In this document: piece by piece, positions 38,093-48,500 of the stretch
Position numbering within the stretch: the stretch's first letter is position 1
Layout of the letters: each line of letters starts with the position of its first letter
Source of the DNA: Planctomycetota bacterium
Lineage (GTDB): Bacteria > Planctomycetota > UBA8108 > SXIK01
Direction of reading: 5' to 3'
DNA length: 64,000 bases
Assembly: GCA_965223265.1 (NCBI GenBank)
Contig: OZ244999.1
Coordinates: forward strand, 1,792,001-1,856,000
Translations under genes and position numbers: made by a program
Notes under the pieces: generated by a model
Database searches by the model: none
Seen by the model: the letters and a program-made list of their open reading frames with translations, nothing else
Told to the model about the DNA's origin: nothing

Positions 38093-39856
38093 ATGGACGC
38101 ACTTTTCGGTTTTACAGGGCCAGCAGACCTAGCCCAACGGGAGCGCATGTCAGAGGAGCTGACGCATCGCGGCCGCAGATCAGTGCTGGTTCACGAGGAC
38201 GGACCGTGTACGCTCGGGCTGCGCACGGAGCTTGATGAGCCGATGCGAGGTCGCGTCGGTTCAGGGGTGTTTCACCAAGGTTCTCAGCACGACTCCCAAG
38301 CCATCGTACTGTCCGGATTTCTCACGCATCGAGATGCCGTGCCGACGCTGGCAGATCTTCTGGATTGGTATCGCAGCGAAGGGATTTCATTCGTCGAGCG
38401 ACTACGCGGCGCGTTCGTCTTAGCGATCAGCGACGGACCACGGCTCCACCTGGCTCGAGACGCCGCGGGTGAGCGTACTGTGTACTACGCCGCGCACCGG
38501 GGCCGCCTCATTTTCGCGAGCGAGCCTAAAGCGGTCGTCGCTGCCAGCGGGTTCTCCCGGCGGCTTCGCGCTGCAGCTGTCGCTCAGTACCTGACCTTCA
38601 GCTTCGTGCCGGAAGAAGGCACGATGCTTGAAGGCGTCTACGAACTCCGGCCGGGACACGTTCTGACGTTTGACAGCCAGGAATCGACTGGCGCGCTGCG
38701 TCAGCACCGTGTCTTCCACTTCGAAGACCCAACGACCAACGGTGACATTCCTGAGACAGAATGGGTCAGCAAGTTTCGTTCGGTCTTTCAGCAAGCCGTC
38801 TCCGAGCGATTGCCTTGCCAAGAGCCGGTCGGGGTATTTCTCTCCGGCGGTCTAGATTCCAGCGTCGTTGCCGCGGAGGTCGCTCGACAGCATCGCCATG
38901 TCGTCAAGACGTATTCGATCCATTTTGGCAAGAGGTATCCACATGAGCTCGAATTCGCCGGCGCAGTGGCTCGACGATGGAGGACTGAACATGAGGAAGT
39001 CTTCGTGCGCCCGAAGGACTTCCTACCTCGCTTGCGTCAGATCGTTTGGCATTTGGATGACCCGATTGGCGATCCAATCACCGTGCCGAATTTCGAGTTG
39101 GCCAAGCACGTCTCGCGCGACGTTCGCTGGGTCTTCAACGGTGAGGGAGGAGACCCATGTTTCGGCGGGCCGAAGAATATCCCGTTGCTGCTGACGCATT
39201 GGTACGGGGGGCTAAACCGTCCGGCCACCTTTCGAGAGAAAGCCTATCTCGAGTCCTATCGCCGTTGTTATGACGACTTGAACCAACTGTTGACGCCGGA
39301 TTTTCTCAGCCAACTTGATTTTGAGGCGGATCTCGAGAATGTCGTGAAGCCTTTTTTCGCAGCGCCTCGCCCAGTCAGATTTCTCGATAAATTGGCAGCG
39401 ATCAACATTCGCCTCAAAGGCGCGCATCTGATCCTGCCAAAGGTTGAACGCATGGCTGGCGCGTGGGGCTTGGCGCCGCTCGCGCCGCTGTTTGACGAGG
39501 ACGTTCTTCGCTTCAGTTTCGAGATGCCTGCCAGCTTGAGATTGCACCGGGGCATTGAAAAAGTCGTTCTCAAGAGAGCCTACGTCGACGATCTGCCGCC
39601 GGAGGTCATCGCTCGACCCAAAAGCGGCATGCGCGTTCCTGTCCACTACTGGTTCCGCAAGGAGATGCGACGATACGCGCGAAGTATTCTGCACCCGCGT
39701 GAGGTGCGCCGCGTTGGGATCTTCAACCCGGAGCGTGTTCGTCAGCTTCTAGACTACAACATTGAAAACAGCCCCGGGCGCTATGGACTGCGTCTGTGGA
39801 TGCTCGTCACGTTCGAGATTTGGCGTCGAATCGTCCTGGAGGGCGAGAGTGTCTAA
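38093..39856 (+). CDS. Asparagine synthetase B-like ATP-dependent amide ligase lacking the N-terminal Cys
   Basis: ATG 38093 with SD AGGAG; LTHRG, LRGAF, LARD..GER..YY, FASEPKA, GVFLSGGLDSS, GEGGD, EK.VLK.A...LPPEVIARPKSGM. Confidence 0.88.
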   Translation: MDALFGFTGPADLAQRERMSEELTHRGRRSVLVHEDGPCTLGLRTELDEPMRGRVGSGVFHQGSQHDSQAIVLSGFLTHRDAVPTLADLLDWYRSEGISFVERLRGAFVLAISDGPRLHLARDAAGERTVYYAAHRGRLIFASEPKAVVAASGFSRRLRAAAVAQYLTFSFVPEEGTMLEGVYELRPGHVLTFDSQESTGALRQHRVFHFEDPTTNGDIPETEWVSKFRSVFQQAVSERLPCQEPVGVFLSGGLDSSVVAAEVARQHRHVVKTYSIHFGKRYPHELEFAGAVARRWRTEHEEVFVRPKDFLPRLRQIVWHLDDPIGDPITVPNFELAKHVSRDVRWVFNGEGGDPCFGGPKNIPLLLTHWYGGLNRPATFREKAYLESYRRCYDDLNQLLTPDFLSQLDFEADLENVVKPFFAAPRPVRFLDKLAAINIRLKGAHLILPKVERMAGAWGLAPLAPLFDEDVLRFSFEMPASLRLHRGIEKVVLKRAYVDDLPPEVIARPKSGMRVPVHYWFRKEMRRYARSILHPREVRRVGIFNPERVRQLLDYNIENSPGRYGLRLWMLVTFEIWRRIVLEGESV

Positions 39857-39980
39857 CAGCGCACCAAAGTAGCAGACACGCCGCTGTGTGCCTGCCGGTG
39901 TTTCGCATCACGGCACGGGGAGCATGCCTGTTACTCTTCCAACAAGCTGCCAGTGCACACCGATGTGATTCGTTTGAGCG

Positions 39981-42900
39981 CTAGCAGGCGGGAGGCTCCG
40001 CACACGGCAGATCGTCGGGTGTCGGATCCGCTCCGCATGTCGCAGCGGGGGCGGGCAGCGGGCCGAAGCCGCGAAAGAGGTGGAGAATGAGAACCACGGC
40101 GTCGGTGAGCGTGTGGCGGCCGTCGTCGTTTGCGTCAGCCGCTGAGCCGCAGGCTGGTGGAGCGCCATCACGAAAAATGAAGTTGAGGAGCGCGATCGGG
40201 TCGGAGACGTCGACGGCACCATCGCCCGTCACATCGCCGCGCCGAAAGCGTGGCCTGTCGTCCGCCTCGTTGCGCTGATACGAGGTCACCTCGAGCCTGC
40301 GCAGGGGTTCGAAGTCGGCGTCGAGATAGGTTGCCGTGGCTTGGCCGTCACCCTCTGGCGCCGTCAGTTCAACAGCGTGCACCTGTTCAGCGATTTTGGC
40401 GACGTTCACCGGTGCGTCAAGCACGACCCAATAGCGCGGCGCAGCGTTGTGGCGAAACGCCGAATAGACGAGTTGAAAGTATTCATGGATCACTTGGTGA
40501 CTACCGCCAAGGGTTACCTCCGCGCGCACTAGGCTCGCCGGCCCGGTCTCGAACTCGCTCGAAGCCGGATCGTAGCGCTCTTCAAGCTGCAGCTGCGTAC
40601 CGTCTTCGAGCTGCGTCTCGATGCTCCAGAGAGGCAGCGACGCATAGCTGCACGAACCGTATTGAATGAGCGGCATGTCTTCGACGCGGGCGCGAAACAT
40701 CTCCGTTCCCGTTGAACGAGTGAAGAATGCTTCATCCAGCTCAGGCGAGGGGCCGATCGGTTCATCGCCCCGCGCCCGCAAGACGAGTGGCGTGACGAGT
40801 TCGATCGTCAAACTCCGATCGTCACCGAAATGAAAGTCTTGGCTGTAAGTGAAGCGATAGATGGTCTCCTCCGGTCGCGCCGCCGAGGGTGGAATCACCT
40901 GCACGCGCATCCGGCCAGGACCGACCGGGATCGCCTGCGTCTCCTCCGGACCGATGACGACCGCGTCGAAGAGGTCGACTTCGAACTCGGAGTCGAGCGT
41001 CGGTAGGGGTACTGGGCCAGCCCGGAAGCGCACGTGGCTTTTCAGCTCGTACTCCTCGCGTAGGCCACGGTTGACGCCGGCGACGGCAAAAACGCCGCAC
41101 ATTTCTGTGCCCGGAGGGATGAGCAGCTCGAACGTCGGTGTTGGTGGTGGTTTCTCTGTGAGTAGAAACGGACGTACTTGCTTGACGGCCAGAGACTCAT
41201 CCGGGAGAACCTTGAACTCCATGTCGAGGAGCACCTGATCGCGCGACACGCCTCCCAATTCGACCGCAAAGTTTTCATCGATGTGGGCCATGAGCGCGCC
41301 GAGCTCGCTGAGTTTGGCGTCAGACATGACGAATTCGCCATCCTCCACGAGAGTCGACGGCGAGGCACGAAGAATGCGCACGACCTCTCCCCCTGCAACT
41401 TCGAGGAGCGATTTTTCGGAGAGCACTCCAGGTGGTGGACTGACGACGCTCACGTCGCCCACTTGCGCCGTGATGACGTAGCGCCGATCGGCTGCGTTCG
41501 AGGGATTGCCAGTGAATGCGACGCCATTGACCTTCTCGTCGACGAAGGCCCGATTGACCAGCACCGCCATCGCAGACATCTCCTGCGGAATACCGAAGAA
41601 GTCTCGCTCCTCGTAGGCGCCAAAGTTCCACAGGCTTGACCAGACGCGCTTCAGAGCTCTCTCGATCGTACGTTCATTCTCTTGACGCTCATCGCAAAGC
41701 GATGGTCCCACATCGTCACCGTCAACTTGGTCGGCGATGCAGGCCGCCGTCGAGTCGTAGAGCCCAGCGCCGTTGAATTCGAGAGCGTCCTCGGCGTTTG
41801 AGGACGAGCGATGACGAACGCGGACGCTCCGCGGCGTACCGAGCACTTCCTCGATGCGCGCGACGATCGATTGAATGAGCACAGGATCGACGCGGCCCTC
41901 CGTCCGCATGTGCTGGCGGAGCGCGCGCAACGCTTCGACGCGCACCTGCGGATCGCTGCGAAACGCGCCGTCCGCGAAGAGCTCTAGGAGAGACTCCTCA
42001 TAGGTCACGGTCCGCCCGTCGACGATCGAGCCGATTGTGTTGGCGCGCAGAAATTCGAGATAGTGCGCAATCGGAACGGCAAAGCCGCGCTCGCGGTAAC
42101 GACTCCAATCGCCCGTCAGCACTGTTTGTAAGCGGGCAAGGTTCGATGCTTTGCCGCCGAACCGCGCTTCCGGTACGAACTCGGCCGTCGGCGCATCGAG
42201 TGCATTGATCTCTTCGAACGTTGCGAGGTGGCGAAAGTTTGGATCGATTTGAGGCTCGACTGAAATCGTGCGGCCGCGACTAGCCCAGAACTCCGTTGCC
42301 TCGTCGAGCGACGCGGCTTCGACGGTGAACGATGTTGTGTCGACGTCGAGGCGTACCAGCTGCCCGTCCCAGGACTGCAGGCGCTCGAGGGCCTGCGCGA
42401 CAAACGCATTCGGAGTGCCGCGGCGTGCCAGGCGCACGAGAAGGTGACTGAGCTCGCTCTGCGGTGCCCCAGTGATCACGCCGCCCACGATGCCGCGGAT
42501 GTCACTTGGCGCCTCATCGACGACGACGATGGTCTGCAGGCTCCACCCGCCGCTGCGGTCCGCGTCGTCAAACTCCTCGCGCGTCATGAGGCGTACACGA
42601 CCGAACGTGACACCGCGAACGTACGCCGTGTAGTCGCCACCTGACGACAACGTGTCGTCAAAGATCGGGAACCCTGGTGCGACCCAGTTCGCAGCACGCT
42701 CGCGCGCTGCGAATGTGCTCGGCGCATATCCGAGTGGGTCCGGAAGGAAAAGACCTTCTAGACGTCCGTGCAGGTCTCGTACTTCGTCGAGCGTCAACAG
42801 TTCTTGCGGGTCTGAGTTGTCAACGGCGACATCGAATCCGTAGACAACCTCTCCACTCTCGAGGCGTAGCTGCGTGATCGCTCCCGCGAAGTAGTCTCTT

Positions 42901-45413
42901 GTCGCCCGAACGGCTGTCAGTCGGTTGTATTCAGCGAGTGCCAGATTCGGGAAGCGCTCGGGAAACGCCGCCGCAAGGAATTCTTGATGCAGGCGATGGA
43001 TGCGGACGTTTTGAAACAACGTCGGCAGAAGTTCGGTGTCGTCGCCACGCGCCGGCGCGACGAACTTGGTGGCTCGCAGCCTCGCGTCCGCCGTGCGTGC
43101 GACTGATACGTTCTCAAAGTCGAGCTCAGTGCAGATCTTCTCAAGGAAGAGATCGGTGATGGGGCGCGGCGCGTTGTTTTGAAAGACGGTGACGTTCTGT
43201 CCTTGGCGGTTGCCCGTGGCGAGATCATCGTCGCCGTCGAGATCGATGTCGCCCACGGCAGAGAAGCGCGGGCCGAGCCCTGATGGCAAGACCTGTTCCT
43301 GGAGGAACGTGCCGTCGCCGCGGCCAAGTGCTAGCGCCACGGTGTCGGTCTTCTCACTCGTCGAAGCGACGTCGACGTTCCCGTCGCTGTTGGCGTCGAG
43401 GACGGTTATGTTCGTCGGTTCGTGCGTCAGAGGAAACGTCACCGCCGAGTCGAACGTGCCGTCCTCGAGCTGGAGCCACACGGCGATGTCGTTGGTGAAG
43501 TTGTTGCCCGTTGTCAAGTCAACGTTGCCGTCGCCGTTGAAGTCAGCCGCGGCGATCGAAATCGGGCGCCCTGAAACCAAGAGCATCTCCGGCGCCGAAA
43601 AGGTTCTTGCTCCCTGATTGAAGATGACCGAGACGTCTGCCGAGCCTCGGTTCGCCGTCGCTAGGTCAACGTGGCCGTCACCGTCGATGTCCGCAGCTGC
43701 GACCGAAACCGGAGAGTCCCCGACCAGATAGTTCGACTGCTCGTTGAACGTTCCGTCGCCGCCGTTGAACAAGACCGTGACGTGATCTGCGCCAGCGTTC
43801 GGCGCTAGGATTTCGGGAAAACCATCGCCGGTGACATCCGCGGTCGTTGCGCGCGGTCCAGCGCCCCGGGTCTTGTAGACGATCCGCTCTGAGAACCCTC
43901 CGTGCCCATCGTTGAAGAAGAGACTGATGCTGGCGCCGGCGTAGAATGCGAGATCGAGGTTGCCGTCCTGATCGTAGTCGCCCTTCGTCAAACTGAAAAA
44001 GAGATGGTTCCGTTGGAACAAGAACCCGCCGTCGAACGTCCCATCCCCGTGTCCTTTGAGGAATGAGAACGAGCCGTCGCCTGAGTTGGCCGTGACGATA
44101 TCCGGCAGGCCGTCGCCATCGAAATCGCCGATCGTTATGTCATGCGGCCGGGCGAACGCTCGGTATTTCGCCGGCGCGACGAGGGCGCGAACGCCGTCGT
44201 CGCTGTTCCAAGAGATCGTCAGGTGCGTCGGATTCCCGGCACCGGATATGAGATCCGGATCGCCGTCGTCGTCGAGGTCTTCGGCTGCGAACGCATCGGC
44301 TGCCACCGAGACATCTACCCGCCCCGCGAAGCTCCCGTCACCGCGATTCCATAGCACGCTGACAATGCCGGGCACGAATGCCCCGACCGCAAGGTCGACG
44401 TGGCCGTCGAGATCGAAGTCAGCACACGCGATGCGGCTTCCAGCAACGAAGTAGGTGGCCTTCTCGACGAAGTTGCCGCTAGATTCATTGATCCAGATTT
44501 TGAGAAGATTGCGTCCACCAGCGACCAAGTCGATGTCGCCGTCACCGTCGAAGTCGGCGGCGTCGGCGAATCGCAGACTGTCGCCAACTTCGATCTCGAG
44601 CGGGGCACCGAAGGCGCCGCTGCCGTCGTTCCAAAGGACGGAAAGCGTCAGGGACGTCTCGTTAGCGACGACGATATCTGTGCTGCCATCACCGTTGAGA
44701 TCGGCGACGGCGAATCGGAGCGGCTTGTCACCTACCGCATAGCCGGCGGCCTCACCGAAGTTGCCCCCGCCGCTGCCGAGAAGAACGAACATGCGGTCCT
44801 CTATGGGATTTGAAACCACCAGGTCGACATTGCCGTCGCCAGAGAGGTCGGCGATACGGATCTGGCGCGCGAAGTTCGGGAGCGGCAACGGAGCGGGCAC
44901 GGTGAAGTCGCCGGTCCCGGAGTTGACAAGGAACTGGAGGAACTCGGAGTGGACACTCACAAGGTCCACGTCGCCGTCGGAGTCGAGGTCGCCGGCAGCC
45001 AGATCGAAGACTCGGGCGTCAATGGAGAGCTGGCGGTTCGGCTCAGGATCAAGAGCACCCGGCGCTTGGCTGTAAAACAGTGCTACGTTTGATGCATCGG
45101 GCGGCAAGTCATCCGCGACCGCTAGGTCCGTCAGGCCATCGCCGTTGAAATCGCCGAGGGCGACGCCGCGCGGGGTACCTTGTGCACCGAGCGGCAGGGA
45201 TTCGCCCCCGACCGCGGACCGGAAACGCTCGCATTCGTCCGGAATCGAGTTGGCGTTACAGTCGGCGCTGGTCCCCGACGACAAATCGTCTCGGTCGGGA
45301 ATGCCGTTCAAGTTGCAGTCTGCGCGCAGCCTGGGACCGACGCAAAGCACGATCGCAAGGAGTGCTGACGCGGCGCTGACCAGAGCCTGGCCGTCGTAGC
45401 GACGCTCGATCAT
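39981..45413 (-). CDS. Secreted FG-GAP/VCBS + phosphohistidine + PEP/pyruvate-binding (ATP-grasp) dikinase-like + dockerin-like protein
   Basis: Signal peptide; DCN.N.IPD repeats; many GDFNGDG..DLA repeats; GVIT...SELSHLLVRLARRGTPN; FGGKASNL, GFAVP, RSSSNAED..FNGAGLYDS, KRVWSSLW, MAVLV, GVAFT, DMEFK, KQVRP; C-terminal FRRGDV.GDGAVDVSD. Confidence 0.88.
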   Translation of the reverse strand: MIERRYDGQALVSAASALLAIVLCVGPRLRADCNLNGIPDRDDLSSGTSADCNANSIPDECERFRSAVGGESLPLGAQGTPRGVALGDFNGDGLTDLAVADDLPPDASNVALFYSQAPGALDPEPNRQLSIDARVFDLAAGDLDSDGDVDLVSVHSEFLQFLVNSGTGDFTVPAPLPLPNFARQIRIADLSGDGNVDLVVSNPIEDRMFVLLGSGGGNFGEAAGYAVGDKPLRFAVADLNGDGSTDIVVANETSLTLSVLWNDGSGAFGAPLEIEVGDSLRFADAADFDGDGDIDLVAGGRNLLKIWINESSGNFVEKATYFVAGSRIACADFDLDGHVDLAVGAFVPGIVSVLWNRGDGSFAGRVDVSVAADAFAAEDLDDDGDPDLISGAGNPTHLTISWNSDDGVRALVAPAKYRAFARPHDITIGDFDGDGLPDIVTANSGDGSFSFLKGHGDGTFDGGFLFQRNHLFFSLTKGDYDQDGNLDLAFYAGASISLFFNDGHGGFSERIVYKTRGAGPRATTADVTGDGFPEILAPNAGADHVTVLFNGGDGTFNEQSNYLVGDSPVSVAAADIDGDGHVDLATANRGSADVSVIFNQGARTFSAPEMLLVSGRPISIAAADFNGDGNVDLTTGNNFTNDIAVWLQLEDGTFDSAVTFPLTHEPTNITVLDANSDGNVDVASTSEKTDTVALALGRGDGTFLQEQVLPSGLGPRFSAVGDIDLDGDDDLATGNRQGQNVTVFQNNAPRPITDLFLEKICTELDFENVSVARTADARLRATKFVAPARGDDTELLPTLFQNVRIHRLHQEFLAAAFPERFPNLALAEYNRLTAVRATRDYFAGAITQLRLESGEVVYGFDVAVDNSDPQELLTLDEVRDLHGRLEGLFLPDPLGYAPSTFAARERAANWVAPGFPIFDDTLSSGGDYTAYVRGVTFGRVRLMTREEFDDADRSGGWSLQTIVVVDEAPSDIRGIVGGVITGAPQSELSHLLVRLARRGTPNAFVAQALERLQSWDGQLVRLDVDTTSFTVEAASLDEATEFWASRGRTISVEPQIDPNFRHLATFEEINALDAPTAEFVPEARFGGKASNLARLQTVLTGDWSRYRERGFAVPIAHYLEFLRANTIGSIVDGRTVTYEESLLELFADGAFRSDPQVRVEALRALRQHMRTEGRVDPVLIQSIVARIEEVLGTPRSVRVRHRSSSNAEDALEFNGAGLYDSTAACIADQVDGDDVGPSLCDERQENERTIERALKRVWSSLWNFGAYEERDFFGIPQEMSAMAVLVNRAFVDEKVNGVAFTGNPSNAADRRYVITAQVGDVSVVSPPPGVLSEKSLLEVAGGEVVRILRASPSTLVEDGEFVMSDAKLSELGALMAHIDENFAVELGGVSRDQVLLDMEFKVLPDESLAVKQVRPFLLTEKPPPTPTFELLIPPGTEMCGVFAVAGVNRGLREEYELKSHVRFRAGPVPLPTLDSEFEVDLFDAVVIGPEETQAIPVGPGRMRVQVIPPSAARPEETIYRFTYSQDFHFGDDRSLTIELVTPLVLRARGDEPIGPSPELDEAFFTRSTGTEMFRARVEDMPLIQYGSCSYASLPLWSIETQLEDGTQLQLEERYDPASSEFETGPASLVRAEVTLGGSHQVIHEYFQLVYSAFRHNAAPRYWVVLDAPVNVAKIAEQVHAVELTAPEGDGQATATYLDADFEPLRRLEVTSYQRNEADDRPRFRRGDVTGDGAVDVSDPIALLNFIFRDGAPPACGSAADANDDGRHTLTDAVVLILHLFRGFGPLPAPAATCGADPTPDDLPCAEPPAC

Positions 45414-45569
45414 TTCCGTCCGCTTCCAACGGGCTGTTGTTAAGGACCAGGCCGAATCGTTGCTCGACGGCGCGGATTCAGCGGGGGATAGAGTAGTATA
45501 TTCTTCCAGATCGCCTTTCGATTGTCACGCCTTGGCGGAAGGCACGGAGCGGAGACCGAGGAACGGACC

Positions 45570-48500
45570 ATGCACGAGCGGCTGCTTTCTCGCAACATTC
45601 AACTCATGGTGGTGAGATCGCTCGTCGTCGTGATCACCCTCATGCTCGCGGGGACGTCCAGCGCTGTGGTTCGTGCTGCCGACGTCCGTGATCAGCTCGG
45701 TCGCCTCGAGATCAAACGCGGCATCTGCGTTCTTCTTGACGTGCGTGACGGGGATTATCCTCTCCAAATCGCACGCGCGAGTGATTGCATCGTCTACGCG
45801 CAGTCGCCGCACGAAGCGATCGTCCGTGCTTTACAGAAGGCCGCTATCGACGCCGGCATGTTCGGTACCCGCGTCTACGTCGAGCGCGGCAGCCTTGACC
45901 GGATACACCTGGCCGACAACCTTGCCGACGGCGTGATTGTCAACGTCACAGAGTCCCAGCGGCTCAGCCCACTTGCCCGCAGCGAGATTCTGCGTGTGCT
46001 TCATCCGGGTGCCAAGGCGATCCTCGGCACCGAGATTCTGACGAAACCCCGTCCTGATGGTGCCGACGACTGGGGCCATCCATATCACGGACCGGACAAC
46101 AATCCGCAATCGAGAGATCAAAACGCGCGCGCACCGTTTCTCACGCAGTTTCTCAGTGAGCCGTGGTATGCGCCGATGCCGCAGATCACGGTCGCGTCTG
46201 GTGGACGCGTGTTCAAAGCGTTCGGCCACGTCGCTATGAAGAAGCGTGAGTGGCCATGGCTCAACGTGTTGGTGGCGCTCAACGGATACAATGGCACACC
46301 GCTTTGGAAGCGGCAGTTGAGTCCGGGTTTCATGTTCCATCGAAGCACGCTCGTCGCGACGCCGGAAACCGTGTACCTCGGTGACGACAAGTCGACAAAG
46401 CTACTTGACGCGCGAACGGGGGAAGTGCGCGACGAAATCGTTGTCCCGAGAGAACTCGATCCTGACGGCGTCTGGAAGTGGATGGCGCTCGAACGTGGAG
46501 TTCTGTACGCCTTAGTCGGCGCGAAAGAACGACCAGATGTTGTCCTGCGCGGACGGCGGGATGCGCCCGGTTGGCCCTGGAGTGGAATGGGGCGTGGATA
46601 CGCTCGCGAGACTCCATACGAGTGGGGATTCGGTCGGACTTTACTGGCGATCGACCTGCGAACCAAAGACGTGCTGTGGAGCCACAAATCATCGACACCG
46701 ATTGACAGTCGAGCTGTGTGCAGTACAGACGGTCGCATCTACTTCTACAGCCACCAGAGCTACTTGGCTTGCATAGACGCAGCAAGCGGTGAGATCTGTT
46801 GGCAGACCTCTGACCCAGATCTCTTGGCAGCCATCGGAGAACACGACGGCGCGCAGACACCGCCGAAAGGCTTTTCTAGTAGTGCGTACGTCAAAGCCAA
46901 CTCCCGGGGGATCTACTTCGCTGGTCCTCAGAGAACCGCGCTTGTGGCAGTGAACCCGCGGAGCGGCGAGCTGCTGTGGACGTACCCGCACGGAAACTAT
47001 CAGCTCCTCCTTCGCGACGATGGTCTCTACGCCATGGGTCGCATGGAAACCAGCAAGGTCTTCGAGTATAGCACCGGCGCTGTGTTGGCCGACCTCGAGT
47101 GCTATCGTGGCAACTGCACGCGCGCCACCGGCGGTGTCAATGACATCTATACACGCGGCTACCGCCACACTGGCACGATGCGTCTTGACCTTTCCGGGGA
47201 GAAGCCGAACGCGCGTCGACTCCCCCTCATGCGGCCAGCGTGTCAGGATGGGGTGATCATTTCGGAGGGCCACCTTTATTGGGGACCGTGGATGTGCGAC
47301 TGCAATCATTCTTTGGTTGGCGTTGTTTGTCTCTCGCCTGCAGGTGACTTCGACTTTTCTCAGCCTGCCGCTGAAGCGGAGCGACTGGAGGTCATGTCTG
47401 CGGCGAAATATAGCGAGGCCTCCGAGCCGCTGTCGAACGATTGGCCGAGCTATCGTGGTGGTCCCACTCGACTGGCAAGCACCGACGCCGACCTTACCGC
47501 GAAGAGCGAAGAGCTGTGGAGAATCGGCGGGAGGGGCGTCGAGCCGACGGCGCCAGTCGTTCAAGGATCGCTCGTTGTGTGGAGCGGACTCGACGGCATC
47601 GTGCACGGGGTCGACGTCACGACGGGCGAACGACGTTGGACCTTCGCGACTGGCGGCGCCGTGCGCTTTCCCCCGGAACTGGCGTACGGGAGCGTGTATG
47701 TCGGCTCGGGCGACGGTTGGGTCTATTCGCTCTCGCAGCAGACCGGCGAGCTGCAGTGGCGATTTCGCGCCGCACCAGCTGAGCGCAAGATTGCGGTTCA
47801 CGGCCAACTCGTCTCGACGTGGCCGGTGGGCAGCGGCGTGCTTGTCGCAGATGGAGTCGTGTATGCTGCGGCGGGTATTGCCAGTCATGACGGCACCCAC
47901 GTGTACGCACTGGATGCCCGCACAGGAAAAATTCGCTGGCAGAACAACACGTCGGGGCATCTGCTTGGAGACGACCAAGTCAGCGGCATCAGCGTGCAGG
48001 GGCACCTGTTGCTGCACGACGATCGCCTCTATCTCGCCGGCGGCAACGTGATATCTCCTGCCGTCTACGATGTCGCGAACGGGCGCTGCTTGAACGAGAT
48101 CTCCAGCGAATGGTTCGTCGATCCGGGCAACCTCACAGAGGAGTTTCCTAGCCGGCCGCACGACTCGATGTTCTTGCGCGCACCGCGTGGGCGCGAACTC
48201 TCTCTCGTCGATGGCGCTGTCCGCGTCTTCGACGAGCTCCTCTATGCGCCGCCGCAATACCAACGTGCCCGTTACTTCGGTGGCCGCTTTCTCCACGCCT
48301 CACGTGGAGATGTCGTCGTGCGTGCGGAAGCCGGGCGTGTCCTACGGCTCACGTCAGGCGAACGCGCACGTGCTCGGAGGCGGGCACGCGCCGAGCGGCC
48401 GGCGCGCAGCAGTACACTGGCTGACGAGCTCGGCGACGGCGATGTGGTCTGGTCACGCGGCGGCTTGGTTCAGCCGCTGGGGCTCGCGCTGGCTCGGAAC

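Noticed and set aside
37088-39980. Lasso peptide gene cluster around the AsnB-like gene
   Set aside because: No transglutaminase-like B protein, PqqD/RRE domain or precursor with a YxxP..T leader was found.
45424-45436. TTCCAACGGGCTG (and GGGCTGTTAG near 38049) as additional MITE ends
   Set aside because: Short partial matches with no second TIR, internal sequence or target duplication; could be chance or unprovable scars.
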